Below are positions 50,992 through 60,269 of a stretch of DNA of 64,000 bases, in pieces. Under the pieces are notes generated by a model. The model had not been told where the DNA came from. It did not search any database and saw only the letters and a program-made list of their open reading frames with translations. Location of the stretch: sequence record DRR723986_5317. One strand, 5' to 3'. Made by a program: the position numbers and the translations under genes. Within the stretch, counting starts at the first letter, position 1, and each line of letters starts with the position of its first letter.

Positions 50992-51757
50992 AGTCATCCT
51001 TATCATCTAAAAAGCGTAACTTATTTCTATACTTTTTTATATGATCTTTTTCTAAGGTGATAATTTCTGTCATTTCTTTATTAGGAACAGAATTATCAAT
51101 TCTGTTACCAAAGACATCGTATACTCCTGAGTGCCCTGGATATTCATAATTTGAACCATCTAAGCCAATTCTATTAACACCAATACAATAAGACATATTT
51201 TCTATAGCGCGAGCTTTAAGCAATGCATCCCAGGCACTAATTCTCGGTTTTGGCCAATTTGCAACATAAAACAATAAATCATAATCTTCTGTATTTCTTG
51301 CCCAAACAGGAAATCTCAAATCGTAGCAAATAAGTGGACAGATTTTCCAATCCTTATATTCTAAAGTAATTTTATGTTTACCTGCGGTATATACCTTATG
51401 TTCTCCAGCTAAAGTAAAGGTATGTCGCTTATCATATTGGGTGATTTTCCCAGATGATTCAACAAATACGAGTCGGTTATAATAATTGCCATTTTCTTCA
51501 ATAACTAAACTCCCAGTAATGGCGCATTGTTTTTTTTGCGCATGCGCTTTTAACCAAGAAATAGTTATGCCATTCATGGTCTCTGCAACCGCCGTAGCAT
51601 TCATTGTAAAACCAGAGGTAAACATCTCAGGTAAAATAATAAGATCAACACTTGTTTTAATAGCATTGATCTTATCATCTAATTGTAGTCTATTTTCTTC
51701 TGGATTTTCCCAGATTAAATTTGTTTGTATTACAGCAACTGTTAGGGAATTGGCCAT
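50975..51757 (-). CDS. carbon-nitrogen hydrolase (omega-amidase, YafV-like)
   Basis: LPEMF, YDKRH and ICYDLRFP triad motifs; ATG at 51757. Confidence 0.92.
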   Translation of the reverse strand: MANSLTVAVIQTNLIWENPEENRLQLDDKINAIKTSVDLIILPEMFTSGFTMNATAVAETMNGITISWLKAHAQKKQCAITGSLVIEENGNYYNRLVFVESSGKITQYDKRHTFTLAGEHKVYTAGKHKITLEYKDWKICPLICYDLRFPVWARNTEDYDLLFYVANWPKPRISAWDALLKARAIENMSYCIGVNRIGLDGSNYEYPGHSGVYDVFGNRIDNSVPNKEMTEIITLEKDHIKKYRNKLRFLDDKDDFSLKE

Positions 51758-51759
51758 TA

Positions 51760-52111
51760 TTATCTTCGTTTTACTCTCTTTTGAGCTGTTTCTAATTTTT
51801 CGGTTAGTTTTTCGATTTTTTCTAACCATTTACCTTCATCTACGGGGGATAACTTTCCTTTCTTTTTTAAACGCTCATGTTTTTTTTGCGCTTTTTCAGC
51901 TTTTTCCTGCATTTTCATTTTTTTTTGAAATTGCAGTAGCTTTAGTTAAAATGACTTCTTTTTCTTCTGCACTTAGCGATGCGGTAACATCTTCACCGTT
52001 AAGAAAAACTTTTTCTTTTTTTACTTCATAAACCTTTCCATCTTTTTCCACTTTTTGAGCAAAAGAGGATAACGAAAATGTGAATAATAAGAGTAAAATA
52101 TAATATTTCAT
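51760..52111 (-). pseudogene. small secreted Lys/Glu-rich coiled-coil protein (116 aa if restored), frameshifted in an A9 tract
   Basis: Removing one A from T9 at 51918-51926 extends the ORF as KKMKMQEKAEKAQKKHERLKKKGKLSPVDEGKWLEKIEKL...RR*, stopping 2 nt before the next ATG. Confidence 0.72.
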
Positions 52112-52163
52112 AATGTTTAATTTTGAGTTCAATTGTTGGACACAGAAAAGTACAAAAAGTAAC

Positions 52164-53306
52164 TTATATAGTACATAATATTTCGGCTGCTTTAATTAAG
52201 GTTTCTTCTTTTTTTGCAAAACAGAATCGTAATACCTTATCGTCTTTACCATTTTCATTAAAAACAGAAAGAGGAATAGAGGCAATTTTATAATCTTTGG
52301 TTAATCGTTTTGCAAAGTCAACATCATATTCATCTGTAATATTAGAATAATCTAACACCTGAAAATAGGTGCCTTTAGATGGAGTAAATTCAAATTTAGA
52401 ATCGGCAATAAGATTTAAAAATAAATCGCGTTTATGCTGAAAAAATTCATCTAGTTCAAGATAAGTTTTTGGTTCTTGCATATAATCTGCTATGCCTTTT
52501 TGCGCTGGATGATTGACAGAAAACACATTAAATTGGTGCACTTTTCTAAATTCAGTCATGAGTTCTTCAGGTGCACAACAGTAACCAATTTTCCAGCCAG
52601 TATTATGAAAAGTCTTTCCAAATGAAGCAGTTATAAAACTGCGTTTTTTTAAATCATTAAATAGGCAAACGCTGTGGTGTTGTTCGTTGTCAAACACAAT
52701 ATGTTCATAAACTTCATCACTCAATACGATTATATCAGTATTTTCAGTAAGCCTTTGAAGTTCTAGTATGTCATTACTAGACCACACTGTTCCACTTGGG
52801 TTATGTGGGGAATTGATAATTATCATTTTCGTTTTACTATTAATTTTAGTAGCAACGTCTTCCCAATCAATATTGTAGTTCGGTGCAGATAATTGTATTG
52901 GTACACAATTGCCACCATTAATTTCAACGGCTGGTTGATAACAGTCATAGGCAGGTTTGAAAATAATGACTTCATCAGTAGGTCTTATAAATGCAGAAAC
53001 AATTGTGTAAATAGCTTGAGTTGCTCCTGCTGTAACTGTAATTTCTTTTTCAGGATGATAAGTAGAATTATAAAGAAGTTGGTATTTATTGGTAATTACC
53101 AATCTTAAATCTAAATTACCTGCCATAGGAGCATATTGATTATAACCATTATTCATGGCATTACTTAATAAGTCATTCAACTTTTGAGAGCTCGGATAAT
53201 TAGGGAATCCTTGAGACAGATTAAGCGCATTATGTTCTTTCGCCAAGGCACTCATTACAGTGAAAATAGTTGTGCCAACATTAGGTAGTTTAGAATTAAA
53301 ATTCAT
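52164..53306 (-). CDS. methionine aminotransferase (YbdL-like, PLP class I)
   Basis: TTIFTVMS, NLSQGFP, NSPHNPSG, SDEVY, SFGKTFHNTGWK. Confidence 0.92.
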   Translation of the reverse strand: MNFNSKLPNVGTTIFTVMSALAKEHNALNLSQGFPNYPSSQKLNDLLSNAMNNGYNQYAPMAGNLDLRLVITNKYQLLYNSTYHPEKEITVTAGATQAIYTIVSAFIRPTDEVIIFKPAYDCYQPAVEINGGNCVPIQLSAPNYNIDWEDVATKINSKTKMIIINSPHNPSGTVWSSNDILELQRLTENTDIIVLSDEVYEHIVFDNEQHHSVCLFNDLKKRSFITASFGKTFHNTGWKIGYCCAPEELMTEFRKVHQFNVFSVNHPAQKGIADYMQEPKTYLELDEFFQHKRDLFLNLIADSKFEFTPSKGTYFQVLDYSNITDEYDVDFAKRLTKDYKIASIPLSVFNENGKDDKVLRFCFAKKEETLIKAAEILCTI

Positions 53307-53388
53307 GCAATAAATGGCTTTTAGTGTAATTTCTTTAAAGATATAAAACAAGCTTTTTTATCTTTACGAAAACACAAAAAAAATAATT

Positions 53389-55479
53389 ATGCGATTCATT
53401 AAAATACTATTCTTTTTTATCGTTTTTCAGATTTCTGCACAACAGGGAGGTATGTGGATTCCTTCTCTTTTAGAAGGTATGAACGAAAAAGAAATGCAAA
53501 ATTTAGGAAGTAAATTAACCGCTAAGGATATTTACGATGTCAATAATTCTAGTTTAAAAGATGCTATAGGTCATTTTAATGGTGGTTGTACAAGTGAAGT
53601 TATTTCTCCCAAAGGATTGTTATTAACAAACCATCATTGTGGTTTCAGTCAGATTCAATCTCACTCTTCGTTAGAAAATGATTATTTAAAAGACGGTTTT
53701 TGGGCTATGTCATTTGAGGAAGAAATACCAAATGAAGGATTATTTGTTGAATTTATTGTTAGAATAGAAGATGTAACTTCGGCTATGCTACAAGGCGTTA
53801 ATGATGTTATGACACCGCGCGAAAAGCAATCTCAAATTGATAAAAACCGAAATAGAGTTGAAAAAAACGTGAAGAAAGAAGCTTGGCAAGGCATAAAGAT
53901 TACACCATTTTATAAAGGGAATCAATATTTCTTATTTGTGACAGAAAGATTTGAAGATGTGCGTTTGGTAGGTGCTCCACCAAGTAGCATTGGTAAATTT
54001 GGTAGTGATACTGATAATTGGGTATGGCCAAGACATACAGGTGATTTTTCAATTTTTAGAATCTATGCAGATAAAAATAACAGACCGGCAAAGTACAGCA
54101 AGGATAACGTGCCTTATAAGCCAAAACATTTCTTACCTCTTTCATTAGACGGTATTGAGGAAGGTGATTTTACAATGGTTTTTGGTTTTCCTGGACGTAC
54201 CAACGAGTACTTACCTGCTGTAGCTGTAGAGCAAATCACTAAGAAAGTGAATCCTGCTAAGATTGCTATTAGAGAAGCGGCATTAAAAGTTATAGATGCT
54301 AATATGAAAACTAATGACCAGATTAGAATTCAATATGCTTCAAAGCAAGCACGTATTGCGAACTCTTGGAAAAAGTGGATAGGTGAGAATTTAGGTATAG
54401 AAAAAAGTGGCGCAATAAAGATTAAACAAGATTTTGAAAGTGAGTTTAAAAATGCTTTAAAAGCCTAAGGTAAAGAAGAGGTTTATGGTAACTTATTAAC
54501 TGACTTTAATAAACTTTATAATGAATTTGAAGCTGTAAATATTAAGAGAAATCAATTTGTAGAAGTTTTTCTAAGGACTAATGAACTTATGCAAATGATG
54601 TTTCGCTTGGCACAGATGGAAATGTCTGCTCAACGAGGCGAAGAAGCTTTTGAAAAGGCGAGAACTTCAATGGTAAATAGACTAAAAGGGATTCACAAAA
54701 ATTATGATGTAAGTGTAGATAAAGGAGTATTTGAGGCTGTAATGCCAATGTATAAACCCAATAATAGTGATGCCTCTATATATGAAACTACCGCATTCAC
54801 AAAATTAGAAAGTGCACTAAAAATTTTAGAAGGCGACTCAAAAAAGGTTCTAGAAAAGTTAAATGCAGATACGGCTTACCAATTTGCAAAGCCTATGGTT
54901 TTAGAATTTTACATGACTTTAGAGCCAGAATTTCAGAGAATAAACACTCAAATAAATGGCCTGCAGACTACTTACATGAGAGCACTGATGGAGGTGATGC
55001 CAGAAGCGCGTTATTTTCCAGATGCCAATAGTACAATGCGTGTAACCTATGGAAAAGTTAACGGTTATTCTCCGAGAGATGCTGTGTATTATAATCCTGT
55101 AACCTATTTAGATGGTGTTATTGAAAAGTACGTGCCAGGCGATTACGAATTTGATGTGCCACAAAGATTAATAGATTTATATGAAGCTAAGGATTACGGT
55201 CAATATGCTGATAAAAATGGAAAGTTGCCAATTTGTTTTTTAGGCACAAACCACACCACAGGAGGTAATTCTGGAAGTCCAGCTATTGATGCTCAAGGTA
55301 ATTTAGTTGGTCTTAATTTTGATCGTGTTTGGGAAGGAACGATGAGTGATATTTATTATGAACCGGAAATTTGCCGAAACATAATGGTAGATTTACGTTA
55401 TGTACTCTTTATAATTGATAAATATGCTGGTGCGAAGCATCTAATTGACGAAATGGAATTGGTGCGTCCTAAACGATAA
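53389..55479 (+). pseudogene. S46 dipeptidyl peptidase (DPP11-like) interrupted by one in-frame TAA
   Basis: GGMWIP, TNHHCG, PRHTGDF and GGNSGSP all in one frame; single TAA at 54466-54468; 696 aa if read through. Confidence 0.85.
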
Positions 55480-55491
55480 TCAATTCGTTGG

Positions 55492-55956
55492 TTAGTTTAA
55501 AATATCCTTAATAATCTTTAAATGATGATTTGTATGTAATTCTAAAAATCGAACTACTCTTTTTTTATTGATATTACCAAATATTGGATGCTTAAAAAAT
55601 GCATTCTCATCTAAGGTATTTATAGTTTCGATATTAGATTTAGCAAGTTGAATCTGTGATATCAAATCATTTTCTAAAATCGTCTCAGGTGGTCTAACAT
55701 ATTTTGGAGCTTTTGCTTTACCTCTAGGAAAAAATCCGAACGCAAAGAAAAATCTCCCTAAAAAACTGAAATTGTTTCTATATAAACTTGGGTCTGAAGA
55801 TTGAAGCGTATTAACCACTCTATTTATTACCTTAAGGCTATGATCTATTTGCCAACCAACTGTACTTTTTGATACTTTAAGGTTTTTAACTTGGTGTTTA
55901 GCGATATAGTCTTCTAATTGATTTATATTACTAGTAATTCGTTTGCTTTGATTCAT
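55492..55956 (-). CDS. DinB-like/DUF1569 family protein
   Basis: VGWQIDHSL, HPIFG, LHTNHHL. Confidence 0.75.
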   Translation of the reverse strand: MNQSKRITSNINQLEDYIAKHQVKNLKVSKSTVGWQIDHSLKVINRVVNTLQSSDPSLYRNNFSFLGRFFFAFGFFPRGKAKAPKYVRPPETILENDLISQIQLAKSNIETINTLDENAFFKHPIFGNINKKRVVRFLELHTNHHLKIIKDILN

Positions 55957-55978
55957 GGTATAAAGTTGGTTCCTAAAA

Positions 55979-56010
55979 TAAAAAATCCCAAACATTTCTG
56001 CCTGGGATTT
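55979..56010 (-). terminator. terminator downstream of ahcY
   Basis: Minus strand AAATCCCAGG..TTTGGGATTTTT. Confidence 0.6.
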
Positions 56011-56059
56011 GATGATTAATTGTGATTAATGAGATTCGTCGCTTTCGTTCTGAAAAATA

Positions 56060-57376
56060 TTAATAACGATAATGTTCAGGTTTATAAGGTCCTTCCACAG
56101 TTACACCTATGTAATCTGCTTGGTAATCCTTAAGCTCTGTTAACTCTACACCAATTTTTTCTAAATGTAGTTTTGCTACTTTTTCATCTAAATGTTTTGG
56201 TAACATATACACTTCATTATTGTAGTTTTCAGAATTGTTCCAAAGTTCTATCTGGGCTAAAGTCTGATTTGTAAATGAATTACTCATTACAAAACTTGGG
56301 TGACCAGTTGCACAACCTAAATTAACTAAACGCCCTTCAGCTAAAATGATAATGTCTTTACCATCTATAGTATATTTATCTACTTGAGGTTTAATGGTAT
56401 TTTTAGTATTGCCATAATTTTCGTTTAACCAAGCCATTTGTATTTCATTATCAAAATGACCTATGTTACAAACTATGGTTTTATCTTTTATTGCCTTAAA
56501 GTGTTCAGCGCGCACTATATCTTTATTTCCTGTAGTTGTAATTACAATATCTGAATTACCAACCACTGTTTCTAGTCGCTTCACCTCAAAGCCGTCCATT
56601 GCTGCCTGAAGAGCACAAATAGGATCAATTTCCGTAACTGTTACAATACTACCAGCACCTTTAAATGAGGCTGCCGTTCCCTTACCAACATCTCCATAAC
56701 CACAAACAGTTACTCTTTTACCAGCTAACATAACATCTGTTGCTCTTCTAATCGCATCTACAGCAGATTCTTTACAACCATATTTATTATCAAACTTAGA
56801 CTTTGTTACGGAATCATTGACATTAATAGCAGGCATAGGTAATGTACCATTTTTAACACGCTCATACAATCTGTGAACACCTGTAGTTGTTTCTTCTGAA
56901 AGACCTTTAATGTCTTTCGCTAAATGAGGGTATTTGTCTAAAACCATATTGGTTAAATCTCCACCATCATCAAGAATCATATTTAATGGTTGTCTGTCCT
57001 CTCCAAAAAATAAGGTTTGTTCAATACACCAATCAAATTCCTCTTCAGTCATATCTTTCCAGGCGTATACTGCAGTTCCTGCTGCAGCTATTGCCGCAGC
57101 TGCTTGATCTTGCGTAGAAAATATATTACAAGAACTCCAAGTAACTTCAGCTCCTAAAGCTTGTAAAGTCTCAATTAATACAGCAGTTTGTATAGTCATA
57201 TGTAAACATCCTGCAATACGAGCACCTTTTAGTGGCTGCTCGTCTTTGTATTCTTCTCGAAGACTCATTAATCCTGGCATTTCTGACTCAGCTAGTTCAA
57301 TTTCTTTTCTTCCCCATTCTGCGAGGTCAATGTTCTTTACTTTAAAGGGTACGTAAGCAATTGTTTTAGTACTCAT
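56060..57376 (-). CDS. ahcY: adenosylhomocysteinase
   Basis: [43 protein letters not shown]. Confidence 0.98.
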   Translation of the reverse strand: MSTKTIAYVPFKVKNIDLAEWGRKEIELAESEMPGLMSLREEYKDEQPLKGARIAGCLHMTIQTAVLIETLQALGAEVTWSSCNIFSTQDQAAAAIAAAGTAVYAWKDMTEEEFDWCIEQTLFFGEDRQPLNMILDDGGDLTNMVLDKYPHLAKDIKGLSEETTTGVHRLYERVKNGTLPMPAINVNDSVTKSKFDNKYGCKESAVDAIRRATDVMLAGKRVTVCGYGDVGKGTAASFKGAGSIVTVTEIDPICALQAAMDGFEVKRLETVVGNSDIVITTTGNKDIVRAEHFKAIKDKTIVCNIGHFDNEIQMAWLNENYGNTKNTIKPQVDKYTIDGKDIIILAEGRLVNLGCATGHPSFVMSNSFTNQTLAQIELWNNSENYNNEVYMLPKHLDEKVAKLHLEKIGVELTELKDYQADYIGVTVEGPYKPEHYRY

Positions 57377-57509
57377 ATTTATTCTTCTTAGTTTTTATAT
57401 TACAAATGCCATTGGGAATACAATTTAAATTTGGTTAAATTCGCTTACCAAAATAAATCAATCTTGCCTTAGGCGCTGCAAAGATAATCAATAGGTTTCA
57501 CAATATTAA

Positions 57510-58139
57510 ATGCCACTGTACAAATCCATTAATGTAAACTCACAAACTGCTGTTAAAATCTGGAGGATTGAGGAGTCTTATAATGATTTATTAAAACCAT
57601 TAGATTTAAAACCTAATAGTATTGAGCGTGTTTTAGGTATGAAAAGTGAAATACACCAACGTGGTTTTTTGAGTGTTCGGCATTTGCTTAGAGAATTTGG
57701 ATACACGGATAAGGATTTGTTTTATGATAAAAATGGTAAACCTCACCTTAAAGATGGCAAGCATATTTCTATTACACATTCTTTTTCGTTTTCTGGAGTG
57801 ATTGTCAGTGATAAAGAAGTAGGAATTGACATAGAGAAACAACGCGAAAAAATTGCAATCATAGCTAAGAAGTTTATCGATTATGAATTTAAATATCTCA
57901 ACACTTCTGCTAAAGATTACATAAGATACTTAACCGTTATTTGGGGAATTAAAGAATCGTTATATAAACTTTTTGCAACACCAGGAATGCTGTTTAAAGA
58001 GCATTTTTTAGTGATACCTTTTATGCTAAATGATAAAGAAACAGTGGCTTGGATAGACTATAAAAATAAAAAGTACAGGTTCAACACCGCCTTCTTAGAA
58101 TTTGAAGGTTTCACGTGTGCCTATGTTGTCCCAGAATGA
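57510..58139 (+). CDS. 4'-phosphopantetheinyl transferase (Sfp-like)
   Basis: GKPHL, ISITHS, VGIDIE, WGIKESLYK. Confidence 0.9.
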   Translation: MPLYKSINVNSQTAVKIWRIEESYNDLLKPLDLKPNSIERVLGMKSEIHQRGFLSVRHLLREFGYTDKDLFYDKNGKPHLKDGKHISITHSFSFSGVIVSDKEVGIDIEKQREKIAIIAKKFIDYEFKYLNTSAKDYIRYLTVIWGIKESLYKLFATPGMLFKEHFLVIPFMLNDKETVAWIDYKNKKYRFNTAFLEFEGFTCAYVVPE

Positions 58140-58861
58140 ATAATATATACCAGAACATATTAAAATCAAGCTCTAAGTCAAAGAAATTATTGGCGGTATT
58201 AATTGACCCTGATAAAATGATGGTTGAACATGTATCAGACTTTGTCGCTAAGGTAAATGAATGTATTGCTACTCATATTTTCGTAGGTGGAAGTGAAGTA
58301 AGTAATGGTGCTACTGAACTTATTGTCGAAGAAATTAAGAAACATACTAATTTACCAGTAATTTTATTCCCTGGAGATATTATTCAAATTACAGAAAAAG
58401 CAGATGCACTCTTGTTTTTATCTTTAATTTCTGGCCGAAATCCAGATTATTTAATAGGGAAACAAGTAGAGGCTGCACCACTAATAAATTCATCTAATTT
58501 AGAAACTATACCTACAGGATATGTGCTTATTGAAAACGGTAAGCAAACTGCTGTAGAACGTGTAAGTAATACCCAACCATTAAAGCGAAATAATAAGGTT
58601 GCCATATTAAATACGGCCTTAGCAGGTGAGTTTTTAGGTATGAAATTAATTTATCTTGAAGCTGGTAGTGGAGCAACACATCCAATAGAACCTGAGATTA
58701 TTGAAAAGGTAAAAAAGGAATTAAACATACCATTAATTGTTGGTGGTGGTATAAGAACAAAAACAGCATTGGACTCAGCATATGAGGCAGGTGCAGATTT
58801 GGTAGTTATTGGTACAGCATTTGAAAATGATGAAAACTTTTTTAATCGACTAAAACGATAA
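58136..58861 (+). CDS. geranylgeranylglyceryl/heptaprenylglyceryl phosphate synthase (PcrB family)
   Basis: LIDPDK, FVGGS, LFPG, YLEAGSGA, VGGGIR; ATG at 58136. Confidence 0.92.
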   Translation: MNNIYQNILKSSSKSKKLLAVLIDPDKMMVEHVSDFVAKVNECIATHIFVGGSEVSNGATELIVEEIKKHTNLPVILFPGDIIQITEKADALLFLSLISGRNPDYLIGKQVEAAPLINSSNLETIPTGYVLIENGKQTAVERVSNTQPLKRNNKVAILNTALAGEFLGMKLIYLEAGSGATHPIEPEIIEKVKKELNIPLIVGGGIRTKTALDSAYEAGADLVVIGTAFENDENFFNRLKR

Positions 58862-58862
58862 C

Positions 58863-59123
58863 ATGAATATATCTGTTGAACTAACATTATCTCCCTTACA
58901 AAATGACTACGAAAAGCATATTATTAATTTCATCATAAGTCTGAGAGAGTCTGGATTTACTGTGTTAGAGAATCCATTAAGCACTCAAATTTATGGCCAT
59001 TATGATGCCTTAATGCCATTTTTAACAAAAGCAATTAAAACGTCTTTTTTAGACTTAGATATTGCTGTATTACAAATGAAGGTTGTAAAAACAGACCGAA
59101 GCAATTATGAGCCAGATTTTTGA
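58863..59123 (+). CDS. thiamine-binding (YkoF/DUF77-like) protein
   Basis: ISVELTLSPL..ENPLSTQIYG ferredoxin-like pattern. Confidence 0.7.
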   Translation: MNISVELTLSPLQNDYEKHIINFIISLRESGFTVLENPLSTQIYGHYDALMPFLTKAIKTSFLDLDIAVLQMKVVKTDRSNYEPDF

Positions 59124-59739
59124 TTTTTTATTTGGGCAATATTCAGACTATCAGACTATAGATATTGTATTAGAGATTGTAGCTGTAGTTTTTGGGTTTT
59201 TATCAGTTTGGTTCTCTAAGCAGAATAATATTTGGGTTTTTCCAACAGGTATGATAAGCACTGCAATATTTGTTTATTTGCTATTAAAATGGGAATTGTT
59301 AGGTGACATGATGATTAATGGTTACTATTTTGCAATGAGCGTTTATGGTTGGTATATATGGACAAGAAAAATTGACGCAACACATGTAACTCCAATATCA
59401 AAAACTTCAAAAAAAGAAAAATTAATAAGTATTACTATCTTCTTTGCAACACTTTTATTCGTTTTTACAGTTTATAAAACATTTGACAAATGGACAAGTT
59501 GGGTAGCATATGTAGACACAATCACAACAGCTATTTTCTTTGTTGGTATGTGGCTTATGGCTAGAAGAAAAATTGAAAACTGGATTTTTTGGATTATAGG
59601 TGATGTCATATCTGTACCTTTGTATTTGTATAAAGGGTTTACTTTTACAAGTTTTCAATATTTAGGATTTACAGTTATTGCCATATTTGGATATTTAGCA
59701 TGGAAGAAGCACTTAAACAACAACCTTCAATCTGCATAA
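59107..59739 (+). CDS. pnuC: Pnu family vitamin transporter (PnuC/PnuT)
   Basis: YGWYIW, DTITT, IENWIFW, multiple TM helices. Confidence 0.9.
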   Translation: MSQIFDFLFGQYSDYQTIDIVLEIVAVVFGFLSVWFSKQNNIWVFPTGMISTAIFVYLLLKWELLGDMMINGYYFAMSVYGWYIWTRKIDATHVTPISKTSKKEKLISITIFFATLLFVFTVYKTFDKWTSWVAYVDTITTAIFFVGMWLMARRKIENWIFWIIGDVISVPLYLYKGFTFTSFQYLGFTVIAIFGYLAWKKHLNNNLQSA

Positions 59740-60269
59740 AAGTAGTGTTATTTGGTCCGGAATCTACTGGTAAAACAACGCTATCAAGACAATTAGCAAG
59801 GTATTATAATTCGGTTTGGGTACCAGAATATGCGCGTGAGTATCTTCAAAATAAATGGGATAATGAGCGAAAAACCTGTGAACCTAAAGATTTGCTGCCT
59901 ATTGCAATAGGGCAAATGAAATTAGAGAATGATTTAGCGCAAAAAACGGATACAGTGTTAATTTGTGATACAGACTTATTAGAGACAAAGGTTTACAGTG
60001 AAGCTTATTACGATGGCAGTTGCGATCCATTACTAGATAAATATGCAAATGAAAACACTTACGATTTATATTTTTTAACATATATTGATACGCCTTGGGA
60101 AGCAGATGACCTCAGAGATAGACCAAAAGAAAGAGAGCGTATGTTTAAGGCTTTTAATGATGCTTTAATTGACCATTCTAAACCATTTGTGCTACTTAAA
60201 GGGAATAAGGAAGAACGCTTAGCTTTAGCTACAAAACATATTGATAAATTACTAGAACAGCGTAAATGA
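59700..60269 (+). CDS. NadR-like kinase/ATPase (AAA_28), kinase domain only
   Basis: GPESTGKTTL, VPEYAREY, CDTD, PWEADDLRD. Confidence 0.88.
   Translation: MEEALKQQPSICIKVVLFGPESTGKTTLSRQLARYYNSVWVPEYAREYLQNKWDNERKTCEPKDLLPIAIGQMKLENDLAQKTDTVLICDTDLLETKVYSEAYYDGSCDPLLDKYANENTYDLYFLTYIDTPWEADDLRDRPKERERMFKAFNDALIDHSKPFVLLKGNKEERLALATKHIDKLLEQRK

Noticed and set aside
50104-53108. ORFs at 50104, 51486 and 52893
   Set aside because: Antisense shadows of real genes.
5622-54468. Stop-codon reassignment as an explanation for the in-frame TAG and TAA
   Set aside because: TAA and TAG end normal genes throughout the window, and the two lesions use different codons.
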